A stretch of DNA of 57,886 nucleotides, the filler included, from Sphacelaria rigidula (Eukaryota), in NCBI GenBank assembly GCA_964200075.2. It is 7 parts of 7 records of this genome, joined end to end, with 100 filler letters (N's around TTAATTAATTAA, not from the genome) between each part and the next. Parts side by side here need not be neighbours in the genome. Positions count along the whole stretch, not along the records: positions 24,854 to 33,037 come from CAXNAA020011991.1; positions 33,138 to 41,320 come from CAXNAA020011992.1; 5 more parts are not named here. The stretch is one strand, 5' to 3'. The notes under the pieces were generated by a model. It searched no databases. It was given only the letters and a program-made list of their open reading frames with translations, and was not told the origin of the DNA. Shown piece by piece: positions 24,925 through 36,807 of this stretch (the first letter of the stretch is position 1; each line of letters starts with the position of its first letter). The translations under genes and the position numbers were made by a program.

Positions 24925-27900
24925 CGACACCGGTGGTCATGCGGGAAGAGTTTCGATCTCAGAGAGTGCATCTCGCACTTTTATTACGAGTACTTTCAGT
25001 ACAAGAAGCGTGTAAAGCACGCTAACGCAGGGAATGCTGTGCGGCATCAGGTGGTGCCAATGGCTCAAAAAGTGCCAACGTATGTGCAGAGAGTGTTTGC
25101 TCGTTTGGAGCATGCAAAGATCACAATCACCCCGCCGCAATGGGCTGCAGCGATCAGAAAGCATGCTGGGCATGCGGCGGGCACTTGCCACTGTTGTGGC
25201 CAGGTCGGCCATCACGCGCGCGATTGCCCAACGTCTTCCGGTGGAGAGTCTGGGCAGTCTCGTGCCGCGCGCCATCAGCATCGTCAGCACAGCATCGTCA
25301 GCACAGGGGCAAAAGACGAGGTAATCGTGATGGCGGTGGCGGATCCCCGGGCGGTGGAGGGTCGCAGTCGAGTCATCATCATCATCAGCAGCAGCAGCGG
25401 CAGCGGCGTCAGCATGCGTATGGTTCTGGGTCCAGCTCCGGCTCCGCTGAAGGTGCTGCTGCTCCGCAACGGGCGGTGCAGGTGGGACCGACTTCTACAG
25501 TGTCGAACACTGCGCCGGCGCCGGTAGTAGCGTCGGTGGCGACGCTGACAGCAGCGCCAGGTGCGACGCCTACTGACGCGGTGTTCGGAGGTTCGTCAAA
25601 TTCTTGGTCTGCTGGCTGAGGGTCATACCCGCCGGCGGTGCCGTTTAAACCTGCCGGGGCGTCTTCGCCTGCTGCGCAGCCGTGGCGTCAAGTGAGATTA
25701 ACAGCGCATCGGTCCGCGAATAAAGGGCCAGTGGAGTCTGCGCACAACTACGTTCCTGCGGAGTTGTGTCTCCCACATCAACGGGAGCGTGGAGCCATTG
25801 CGGTTCGGGCTAAGTGGGATTCCGGCGCCCACGTGACGGGTCATGTGAGTCTGTCGGTACAGATTGTATAGATGTTGGCGCGTGTTCTCCCGGATGTGCC
25901 ACTGCGCATTCCGTTTTCGCTTGGGGCGCGGCAGGCCGTCACCGCGTCGTGTCAGCATGTTTACGTCACAGAGCGTACTGTCCCGCTGCAATTGACTTTC
26001 ACGACTTCCTGGGGGGCGGCGCACTTGCCTCCAAACTCGTTTGCGATCATGCTGGGGTCGGACGGCGTCATTCTTCTGGGGTTGCCGATGGTTCAGGATA
26101 TTGGAGTCAACGCTCGGCGGTTGTGGGACGCCCTGAAGACGCGGATGTCACCGCCTGATCCACGCTTCAAGACGCCCGTCCTTTTGGGCAGTCTTCGTGT
26201 GAGCTTGTCGGTGGATGCTTTTCAGGAGGCTGGAGGGCAGGTGACCGAGGAGCGGGATGCGGCGGTGGAACGCTTAGTAGAGCGCGGCCCGAAGATGTCA
26301 AGGATTTCGGCGGAAGAGGAGTCTGCTTGGAAGGTCGCGCTGGAGGAGAGCGTGACGGGTGCTGGGGCGACAGGCCTCAGCGTCTCAAAAGCGGAGCGCC
26401 TGTGCGGCATATTTTGCATTGACGCGTCAACGCGTTTCGTCGTGCGCTGCGGGGTGACCCCCCTGTGCGCGTGGAGCCCATACGTATCCAGCTAGATCCC
26501 GGGGCGTCCGCGGCGAAGGCGAAGCCGCAGCGGTACGATCCAGTGAAGTCGAGTCGGTTGGCACTGTGCATGGCGGCTCTTTTGGCGCTCGGGTTGGTGT
26601 TACGGAATTTGCAGGCGGGGTGGTCCAGTCCAAATATGGCGTTTCGGAAGAAGCCTGCACCGTAGACGGAGGGCAGGCTGCAGGCGTGGGCGGCAGCGAA
26701 GGATCTGGTGGCTCATGCCTTGAAGCTGTTCCATCCTCGTCCTGATTGTCAGGTGTCAATATTTTCGGATGCATCTGAGTGCCACTGGGGTAGTTTGGTC
26801 ATCAGTTGCCTACAGTTGAAATTCAAAGGCCTGTGCGCGCTGTGGCTGTGTATGGTCCGTGTTAACCTGATGACTTGATGCCGCCCAAATCTGTTGTCCG
26901 CCAAGCGCAACGAACAGACCCTGGGGTCGCAGATGCGGATGTTCAATCCTTCGACTTGGACGTTGGTACTACTCTCTTGGACAATGAAGGTCTGCTTCGC
27001 GTGCATGTGCGTGGCCGAAACGTTGTGTGGACTCCGAGTTCTGACAAGCAGTTGCAGGTACGTCTGATGATTTTCGGGCACATGCGCGATACCGGGCATC
27101 GTGTTGTGGATGCCACACTCGTGCGCTTGCAAGAGTTTCGTGTCTGGTAGGGGATAGAAACTCATGTACGCGAATTTATCCGCCAGTGTCTTCACTGTGC
27201 TGACTCGAAGGCGGGCGATGTTGTTCCCCGCCCGCTTGGCGAAACGGTCCATGGGACCACGCCGAACAAATTCGTTCATTTTGACTTGTTGTACGTGGGC
27301 GAGAGTGGCCCGCTAGCTTCCCAAGGTTTGCCGGAGGATGCTGGGTTTCGATACAGTTTGGTGATCATGGATGATGTGAGCAACTTCGTGGCTCTGGAGC
27401 CAGTAGCCGTGTGTACTGTTGAATGGACCGCTGCATCTTTGCTGAATTGATGCAAAACTTTGGGGTTGCCGCGTGTGTGGGTGAGTGATACCGCCACACA
27501 TTTCAATAATGCGATCTTGGCCCGATTACGAGACGCTTTGTGCGTTGATCACCGGTTTGCGGTAGCGTATTCTCCGTGACCTAACGGTATGTGCGAACGC
27601 ATGGTCGAGGAAGTAGTTCGTGCTCTTCGCTCTATTCTTCTCGAGCAGCGTAGAGCGGTTTCTGAGTGGGTGGACGTATTGTCGGCGGTGCAATGGGCGC
27701 TTAATACAGCGTATCGTCGTCCTTACGATAGTACGCCGTACCACGTGATGTTTGGTCGTGCTCCTCGGACGTCTTTCTCGGTGCTAGCGTCTTCGTCGGC
27801 GGGGGAATGGAAGTGCGATGTTCTGGACGATGTTCAGATTAAGAGTATATTGCCAGGAGTCTTGGACTTGCAAGAACGTTTCCACGTTCAAGTGCAGGAA

Positions 27901-29213
27901 CGTGCTGCCGCTGAACGTGCGCGTCGACGTGAGGGGTCCTCGTCGGGGCTGGGATTGCCGAATATTGAGGTAGGCGACTACGTCTTGCATGCACGCGTGC
28001 GTCGTCCGGGTGTTACGCCTGAGTTGATGGCGACGTGGACAGGTCTGTGGAGAGTGGTTGGGGCTCACCACCCGCACGTGTTTGAGATTCAGAACATTTT
28101 TCGGGTCGTGCTCAGACCGCCCATGTAGCTCGTTTGCGTGTTTATGCAGACTCGCAGCTTAGTGTTACGGCTGACCATAAGGACGTGTTCCAGCATGCTT
28201 TCAATTAGGAGCAATTTCAGATGGCTGATATTGTCCGAGTGGCACAAGCAGACGATCGTTCGTTGATCGTGCTGGTCGACTGGGTTGGTTTCGAGGTTGA
28301 GGAGCGTACGTGGGAGCCTTTCAAGGATGTTTTTGAGGCCGCTCCGGAATTTCTTACGAAGGGATAACGTATATTGCGCGTGACTCGTGCCGTTGCTGCT
28401 CGCATTACGAGTGAGTTTGGTATTCAATTGTGACTCACTCATCGTTTTGGCGTTTTCTATGTGTCAAGCTTGTTGATCGGTGTTCGTCCAACGCGCTTTG
28501 GGGGTGCTGTGACGAAAAAACGCCGTTACGTTGAGTTGGTAGTTATAATATGGAAAAAGGCTGGGGGCACGGAGATTCTGGAGGGTTCTGGATAATGATC
28601 GGGGACACGGAGATGGTATCTGCAGGTCTAGAAAGCTGGTGCCCTGGAAGGCCACTCCTATAATATGATCTGTTGTGGAAGCTGGTGCCCTGGAAGGCCA
28701 CTCCGATAATATGATCTGTTGTGAAGCCTGACAACTGAAACTGAGGCCAGTAAGACTGGAGAGTCTCTCAACAGCAGTGATCAAGCAGTTCTTCCACTGG
28801 CTGGCGTCACAATCATCTAGATTCTCAACACGGAGCATGCAGGTAAATGGAGCACCTGGTGCAGCGTGTTGACTGGCAACTGCATCTAAATGCAGAGTTA
28901 CACCGAAGTAAGCCAATAGGAAGTGCACTGCAAAACTAATCATGTACGACTGAGCAACAGGAGGTCAGGGAGAGTCTGAAGCCATGACGAAGTTTTGGAT
29001 ACAGAGCCACACGCAAGCAAGTCGACATGAAATATGCTGTTGAGGCAACTACGCACAATGGTGCACCAGCACGTGGGCAAGAGTTCGTGATAGTGACGAC
29101 ACAGCAAAAGAGGAGCACTGTGCGAACCCCCGGATCGTGCCTGCGAGAACGCTATCGCCTAGATGTCAGAAATGCAAGTCGACGGGAAGCCCTGATACTT
29201 GGGTAACGTAACA
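24925..29213 (+). mobile_element. Degenerate Ty3/Gypsy LTR retrotransposon with chromodomain; 5' LTR absent, most of RT deleted
   Basis: Domain order: gag CCHC knuckle CHCCGQVGHHARDC (25186-25227); protease WDSGA (~25815); RT N-terminus only (PIRIQLDPG..AKPQRY..WSSP, ~26465-26655); RNase H start IFSDAS (~26760); integrase HHCC (GHMRDTGH..CLHC) and core (VHFD..VSDTATHF..YSP*PNGMCER); C-terminal chromodomain (LVDWVGFEVEERTWEP, ~28220-28370); G-rich PPT-like tract ending at 28507. Many stops and frameshifts. Confidence 0.92.
28508..29213 (+). repeat. Probable 3' LTR of the Gypsy element
   Basis: Starts TGTGACG immediately after GGGGGTGC and ends CGTAACA (near-inverted termini). Contains a ~46-bp tandem duplication at ~28631-28722. 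The right end is inferred without a partner LTR. Confidence 0.6.
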
Positions 29214-29254
29214 CGACGCACGACACGGATCAACACCTCAGTCGCGGTGCCATG

Positions 29255-30516
29255 TGTTAAGAATCTAGATTGTACAGTCTATATTCATTGCGTTTGAATG
29301 AAGTCGTTCCAGAAAGATAAGCAGTACAACTTATGACGGTTCAAGGAAATCATGAACCACGCATCTTTTTCATGGAGTACCTCTCATGTGGTAATTTATG
29401 GTCTACTCGCCTGTCATGGCATTTGCAGGGACTGGCCTCGGGGTCTGTGTTCTCTCAGGCATACATGTCTCGGAGTAAAGCAACGTTCGGATACAAATCT
29501 TTGATTTGGCTGTGAGGGATGGCAGCTTGTCGGAAGATCCAAGTCGATCTTATCTACTGCGCATTGAACGTTCATGTGCACAACAGATAGCGTTCCCGGA
29601 ACATTCGTTGGATGGAAAACTGTCCTGTCATCTACTTTTCGATTCTTGTATCGTGACTAGATATAGATATAATTCCTGCGTAAGGTAGCCGCAATATTGC
29701 CCCCGAGTGCCCCCCATGAGCACTCTATCTCGGATACCGGACACCATCAGCCTTAGCCGCCGTTGCTCTGAGTTCCAAGTGAGTCCTTACCAGTAAGCTT
29801 CATAGTTGGGAGGTACTATTGGTTCTGGTTCGTATCGTAATCTACAAGGGGTCAATTTATTTCTGTAAACATCTGGGTTTGAACTGCTCACTGTGGTTTA
29901 GGTTCTTGGGTTGATTGTCGCCGACAGCTCTGCGTCGCAACCAGGCACATCGGGCTCGAGCCTCTGTTCGTGGAAACATATCAGGACGAAGTTGTAGTGA
30001 GGCTGCCTTCTCGAAGGCAACTAAGCCTAATACATAATACCTAAGTGACGTTTCAAGTAGGATATTGCCGCAGTAGGCGTGTTGCCATGATTTGGCACAG
30101 AACGATACTCTAGCAGAGTATCTAGGCCACGTACGCTGAAGGATATCTCGTGTGTGAGATTTCAGTTCTAAGCTAAGAGCTGGCAAGGCTACCGCGTCAG
30201 CAGCAGTGTAGGTGAACCAGATGATATAGCTTCGTTGGGCGTACGTGTGCAAAATTGGCTTTGTTCCAGAAAGTGGTGAGTGTTGAGGCTTGATCTCGAT
30301 CGCCGCCGCTCTCACTCTCCCGAGCATACCCAGTTCTTCCTTCAGCTCTCTGCGTGCAAAAGAGGCTGTTTGATTTTGTTTTGCCCGAAAGCGCCCAAGA
30401 ATACTATCCGATTTTTCCTTCTTGGCTGCACGTCGTGAGGTACCTTAACCGCTACGGTGCAAGCATCCGCTGATCTGTCTAGTGAGACAGCGCCACATGA
30501 GCCAATATTTCCAACA
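29255..30516. mobile_element. Solo LTR (long variant), inverted homologue of 49926-50570
   Basis: Termini TGTTAAGAATCTAGA...TATTTCCAACA. Segments 29255-29410 and 30040-30516 are reverse-complement homologues of the two parts of 49926-50570. Flanks CCATG/CCACA may be a decayed 5-bp TSD. Confidence 0.75.
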
Positions 30517-30638
30517 CCACACTCGCACCCACATATTGGGTCGAGTCGCACGTGTACCAAAATCGGCGACATTCCGGGTGGGGGGGTCGACGACAGATAT
30601 GACTCTGCTCGTGACCAAATTTGCTACGGAGCACTCAC

Positions 30639-31965
30639 CGCATTGGAACACGCGTTGTTCGAGAACAAAACCAGAAGACTGGTCCAGTACAATAGAGCTC
30701 CAGCGCCGGAGAGACGGGAGAGTAAAGGGACGGCGAGGCAGCTCAATCCTGAACCGAGTGCCGCCAAGCGTTGCGAAGACTTGACTCCTATGCGCTTGGT
30801 AATGCAAGGAATGACGGCCATTTCGAAGATGAGCATGCTCACTCCACAAGGAAAGTAGATCTGTCACAACGAGGAGGGGGTATCGAGGACGTAATGGGAG
30901 GTTGTGAGTAACTGCAGCTAAGGGTCACTGTATCGCGGGAGTTGAGAAACAGTACAAGTCGCCGGGGCGGCACTACAGATGATAATTTTATCACGATGAC
31001 AGTTCGCGGCATGACAGAACGTGCGGTGTCGCGACTTCAGAAAGCGGAAGTGTGAAGCAGAAAAAACGGATGAAATATCGCTCTGAGGACCCGTGCCTTT
31101 CCCCAGCACAACTTCGAACGCATGGTAAGGATACGGACACGGCTCGCCTGATACTCCGTGCGTCCTTCCCTGGCCCCTAACTGCCGTTGTGCACCGGCAA
31201 GTCGACAAAATACGTGTTTGTTGGATAATATGCGATTGACGACGTACTCAACACCCAGGGTATATTCTCAATGCTGCTCTGAAATACTTCCAGCAGGCGG
31301 TGTCTGCGGGAGTCTGTGCAGAGTATTGCCGATAGCGTGCGGTTGTGAAAGTAGATGTCACGGCTTATGCAGAACCCGGACGTGTCATCTCCGCCTCGAA
31401 TGAATGACCACAGGTCTCGCTAGGAGTTTACCACAGTCGCGTGTTTCCACAACACGAGCTAACATTTGGGGGGCCGCTCTCATTTTAGGTGACAACAATG
31501 AGACAACACTCCGATCCACACGCGGATGAGGGATAAGCCAAAAACCTACGGCACTCGGGTGGCCACTGGCCTGTAACCTTAAAATTGGACGTTATAGACC
31601 TCGTGCAAAGTCTGTAACGTTCAAATTTGAGGTTGCAGGCACCCCAGTGGCCACCCGAACAGTAGTACCTCTCCACTGCGGCACTAATTTGAAACTCGTC
31701 AAGTCATCCATATCCAGCACACAGCCCTTGGTGCCCGCCTTCATTTGACATGCATTGAGCGTCCTCGATGCCATTCGGAGACCTGCCTTGCTTCAACACA
31801 GAAAAATCGGGTGTAGCGCAAAGGAATTGGTATGTGCGCATAACACGAACCGTTGTTAAAAAACCATACCTCTCCCAGATCCTTGGTCAGCCAATCCAAG
31901 CCACCCTTCGCCTCGCTGCTCAGAGCCCAAAGCGGAAACACCTCAGTGAATCCAGAATATACGAA
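30639..31965 (-). CDS. Two internal exons of an MFS transporter (zinc-induced facilitator-like, ZIFL type)
   Basis: Exon 31965-31870 (FVYSGFTEVFPLWALSSEAKGGLDWLTKDLGE, donor GTATGG) and exon 30860-30639 (IYFPCGVSMLIFEMAVIPCITKRIGVKSSQRL...LLVLFSNNACSNA, donor GTGAGT), both phase 0. E.F.LWA.S...GGL......G is the TM7-8 signature of ZIF/ZIFL-like MFS proteins. Confidence 0.75.
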
Positions 31966-32004
31966 CTACATCACGAAATGCACGAGGAAATTCGGAGACG
32001 ATGA

Positions 32005-32139
32005 GTAGTTAGCCTGTGACCACGAAAGGCGTCGGTATCAGATGCCCAGTGCAGAGTACTGCGCAGATATCGGAACGATTTTTAATTTGAAGACACCAAC
32101 ACCACCCCCACGAAGAAGAAGAAGAAGAAGAAGAAGAAG

Positions 32140-32173
<34 letters not shown>
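32005..32173 (+). repeat. Short repeat family E ending in a (GAA)n(CAA)n microsatellite; inverted homologue at ~39634-39748
   Basis: TAGTTAGCCTGTGACCACGAAA..TCAGATGC..GAGTACTGCGCAGATATC matches the reverse complement of 39670-39748, which also abuts (GTT)n. Confidence 0.65.
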
Positions 32174-33757
32174 GGACGTAATTAGGACGATGCCATATGG
32201 GAGGATTGAGGGCTGGGCCACACAGAGGAAGCTACACACGCTGCTGGTCCCAGAGCTACGGTATGCGGTGTTGGGTGTATGTGGACATGGCTCGTAGCAT
32301 GTAGTTTGGTGATCTCTCGTCAGCAGCGAGTTCTAATGGTACTTCGTGGCGGCTGTGGAAATACAGTAGCTTTCTATCAAAACATTGATTCAAGTATAGC
32401 CTTCATATATCCAACCAGACATCCGTTGTGCCGCGCTGTGCAAAAATATGAAGCACACGTGCCTAGCACACCTTGCCCATCAGTACGAAAGCCTTAAGGT
32501 GTCCGATGGATATCCTACGAACGCTGCACACAAAAAGACAGACCCCAACACGTTTCGCGAGTACTTTTTAGGGCTTTCCGGCTCCAGGGTCACTCATGGC
32601 ACGGCCAAAATACGACAATGTTCATATTTACTCGATTAAGCCCTTTGGGAGCGACCCCCCAACTAACACGGTGTTGACCATGTGTTAGTAAAAAAGTAAA
32701 AAGTCCGGGAGCGACCTACCCAATCACGGCGGGGCGAGATTTATCGTCCAGCCCGGAACGACCAGTGCGTGGATTGCCAACGAATTTGATGTCACTGCCA
32801 ATATCGTGTGGGGGCCCTGTCCCTGGCCCAGATAAAACGTCTTCCCAGGTATCCAAAGACCGAATGGTCGGGGAACGATTTATCGTTCACCTACATTCAG
32901 TGGAACGCTCCCGTAAATTCCCGGATGTTTTTTTGGGTCGCCAGTCAATTTAAAACGTAGTAATCACACTAGCACATGATTGGGGGGGGGGGGGGGGTTT
33001 GGGGGGGAGTGTATTAGTCCCTGTGTTTTTGTTGTTTNNNNNNNNNNNNNNNNNNNNNNNNNNNNNNNNNNNNNNNNNNNNTTAATTAATTAANNNNNNN
33101 NNNNNNNNNNNNNNNNNNNNNNNNNNNNNNNNNNNNNCCCGATTCGTTTCCGGTCATGAGATATTGCTCTGCCAGGTTAAATCCGTTTCTGGGCTGGCCC
33201 AGCTCGTATGGAAATGTGGCGCATATAAGTTTCCATACTGAAATCAATATATTACGCGCAGAAGCACTAGATGCCGTAAATCTGGATATCGCGTCTCAGT
33301 TTTTGAGACTTGTGCTATAAAATTTCGTATGAAGAACCGCCAGTGCATAATAAAATGAAGAAAGTAGCGTTTCACTTTTTTTTCGTGTTTTCAGTGAAGT
33401 TTTGAGGATAAGTGAACATTGCTCGTAGGCCTCATCTCGATTTCCAGCTCAATTTTTAGAATTGTGATTTGAAACTTGGCACGAAGAACCACGGAGGTGT
33501 GCCAAATGAAAAAAATGGGCTTTCAATTTTTTTATAGGGGTTAAGGGCGTTCTCGTGAAAAAGAGGTATTTACCATACTAGAACGCCCTAAACCAGCGAA
33601 AGAGAGAAAAAATATCAACCTGATCCACCCGCCTTTGTGAATTATGCCCTAGCGAGGATACACACAAAATTTCAATACACAGGAACTAAACGTGGGCCGG
33701 TGAGAGGCCTGCGAAATACTATTCCAAATTTCTACCGACCCGGTTTTTGGAAGGCGA

Positions 33758-34001
33758 ATGCGCCAGCCAATATTTAGAGTTGGAGCGTAAAATTTGGTAT
33801 GGATAATGTATAGGGCATGAAAAAATTATAGAAGCACCAACAGGTTTTTTCATGAGTGAAGGGCAATGATCAGTTTTCAGGTATCAGTAAAATGCCCTCA
33901 ACTCATGAAAAAAAAAAAAAGTGCTGATCTGATTTTTTTTATGCCCAGTATATTGTCCATACGAAATTTCACGCTCCAACTCTAAATATTGGCCGGCGCA
34001 T
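33758..34001. repeat. Imperfect inverted repeat (~245 bp) within an AT-rich transposon-like stretch
   Basis: ATGCGCCAGCCAATATTTAGAGTTGGAGCGTAAAATTT ... AAATTTCACGCTCCAACTCTAAATATTGGCCGGCGCAT. Confidence 0.8.
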
Positions 34002-35035
34002 GGGCCTGCAAACTTCAAGATCCGCCTCTAGGCTGGCCCAGCATATATATATATATATACTTGGAACAAAGTACATGAAACTAAGGGACGGAATCTACAC
34101 GAAGATCTTTGCTTCGGAAGCAAACATGAACATTTTGACACGTGCCTACCCTTCATTTCACTCAAAACAAAAAATGCTGACACCCGATAACCGAAGCGCG
34201 GAAGAACCATTCAAGTTAAGACAAATTTGAAAACTTGACCAAAACCCCCCCCGACACTGAATACTACAGGGAATGTCTTATGGGTCGAGTGTTCGACCGT
34301 TGGACCGCGAGGGTAGTCCATCTAGATCATGCATCCATTTTTCAAGTGAAGTTGATGCCGATTCAGCCGATGATCTACTCTCCCGGTCTGAGGGTTATCT
34401 AGAATACACGACGTGATTATATTTTTGTCCTCCTTCTGACTGATGATGTAGCAAGTGGAAGAGAGTCCCTTGATTCCATAGACTTCCAACCGCCCATCGT
34501 CATATCTCGCCAAGAAGCCTGCTGTGGAGAGCTCGTTCATGCCTTTCCTACAGTTTTACAGTCTCGATCCCCTAAACAGTCCCTACGAAGAGTTTTCCCC
34601 AACACAATATCCAGCAGCTCACCAGCTCACCCTAGTCCCCGCAGGAGACCATTCCCTATTCCAAGCAACCTGTATGTGCTCCACATCCACAACCATCCAC
34701 GGACTTGAACTCAACATGCACACCACGACCATGGCCCTCGTGGCCGTCGGCTATAAGTCGTAGCATATAATCCTCAACACAGTGCATGTCGACATAGAAA
34801 GGGCTACCGTCAGTATACCACACCCTGGACAACAAATAGTCAAGAGACACAAAAAGATGTACTGGGTTAACTATTGACCTATTGCAACTATAGTTGAACA
34901 GTCGACAGTAGTTACAACATACGCCCATGATTCACCCTATACATTTTCTTCTTGTCTATTGCATCTATGGACCCTATATTGTCCAGGGTGTGCAATGTAC
35001 CATCACCCCGCCAGAGCAGTAGCCCTCTCGTGTAC

Positions 35036-36657
35036 CTGTCTGTGGTGAGTCAGCTCCCACTCCTCTCGCTTCCGCTCTATATCCATATACTCGTTCATGG
35101 CCTTGCTGCTCAGGTACTCTCCCAGTCCCATGCTCAGTCCGTCCGCGAAGATACTCGACACGCCGAGAATTAGCACTGCCTGGGTGCCAAGCCCGCCGCC
35201 TGCATTGGCAGCAGCCGGCATGGGAGCAATAGCAGATGACAGGTATCAAGAAACATCCAAAAAGTGATGATACGCGGAGGGGGGCAAAAAACTGTCGTTC
35301 GGTCCGGGCAGCTGCGGCGGCTGATAGTGAACGAGCAACTGACAGCCTTGTGGAAATAGTACGTTGGATTTCTGCCGCGCACGCGACGCTGTTGCGCATT
35401 GTTGATGCGGATATAATCAAATGGGCCGGCGGTGTGGCAAAACATCAAACTTGCGGGCACGTCAGCTGATCAACCCGCCCGTGAAACATTCATGCCGAGC
35501 CTGCAGGCAACAGATATGTATTTGGTTAACATACGATGATGAAGCCTGTCGCCCCCGTGGCTCAGTCAGAAACCTCGAACCCTCCTGACGGTCGCGTCGA
35601 ATCTCGGAGCGATCTGGGATTTTTTCTCACACCATTCACGACAGTGGAGAGCGACCATGTCGTGGGTACACAAAATTCGACTCAACGGTCGACGAGGGAA
35701 AGGGACTGCTGAACCCCTCTCGCGATAAAAAGTATAAAGGCAAGCACCGCAGAAGGACGGTGGAGAACTAAAACAAATAAAAAAGAGAACCTCCTGTGTT
35801 GGCCTTCCTGTGTGACCCCGGCTGGTGCGCCCATGTATACCGAACGGTGTAGAACGACATCCAGAATAAATGGGATGACAACACACACAAAACACGATGT
35901 CGCGGGTTTAACAAACTTGGACCACACCATTTGCATAGCTAGCTGGCCTCACAACTGAGTAAATCGAAAAACAAGCACATCTTATCGCCGACTGGACAGA
36001 AGAAACAAGAAAGAAAAAAATACGATCCACCTTCGTGGACAAATCGCTTCGGGCAACCTTCATTCAACTTCAGGAAAGCTCCTGTAAGCGCATACAAGAT
36101 GGCAAACAACACACAAACACACACGTACACACCAAACATCCTCCCCGCTCAACATCATCACTCGTTCGGAATGTTTCACGGCTACACAAGGGAGGCAAGC
36201 GAGCAACAACAACAAAAGCACTTTTTCTTCAAATGCTGATTTTTCTCATCCCGCCTTTCGTCAATAGCCAACGAAAAGCAACTCTTGGAGCTACACACGG
36301 CTATGGAGGCTATGGACCATACATGAGTCAATCGAAGCAGGCACATATACTCATGTGTTCCTGTCATTGCAAGGACACACTACAAAAAACCACGACCTCG
36401 GACACATCCATCCCCCTGAGAGCGCAACTCATGTCACAGGAAAAAAAAAATCGAGGAGTTCCCCAGTTATTCCTCGTTCGTTCATGGCCAAACACTTAGA
36501 TACACGTGTTTTCATGACCCCAGTACAATACATGATACCTGCCGCTCCCGCGACAATGGCGAAGCTCGTCAGGACGCCATCCAACGCGCCGAAAACCGCC
36601 GCTTTTCTTACGTCATCCTCCTGTGCGCGGTCGTCGTGTTCGTCCCCAGTAGTACCA
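35036..36657 (-). CDS. Two internal exons of a VIT1/CCC1-family vacuolar iron/manganese transporter
   Basis: Exon 36657-36539 (..DVRKAAVFGALDGVLTSFAIVAGAA-G, phase 1) splices in frame to exon 35199-35036 (GGLGTQAVLILGVSSIFADGLSMGLGEYLSSKAMNEYMDIERKREEWEL). FG..DG..T and SMG.GEYLS..E..RE..E are diagnostic of the family. First and 3' exons not located. Confidence 0.9.
35665..35893 (-). repeat. Interspersed repeat family C copy inside the VIT1 intron
   Basis: Reverse-complement homologue of 40892-41128 (ATCGCGAGAGGGGTTCAGCA.TCCCTT.CCCTCGTCGACCG). Confidence 0.8.
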
Positions 36658-36807
36658 CTGACATCACAGAAAATGGATGTAATGATCAATACGAGCAGAG
36701 AGGGCGTGAATGGAGCTGCTCGTGTCAGGAACGAAAGGAAACGGGAAAAAAATATAAAATATAAAAACGTGTAGGGTGAAAGGAATGAATCTTGAGTGCA
36801 CTGATAT

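Noticed and set aside
24935-24961. TGGTCATGCGGGAAGAGTTTCGATCTC as the Gypsy PBS
   Set aside because: No matching 5' LTR precedes it; upstream is a family B MITE end, and the sequence lies in the gag-like frame. It cannot be tested without the host tRNA set.
30639-36657. Apparent metal-homeostasis cluster (VIT1 next to a ZIFL-like MFS on the same strand)
   Set aside because: The genes lie on different contigs separated by an artificial linker, and contigs appear ordered by size.
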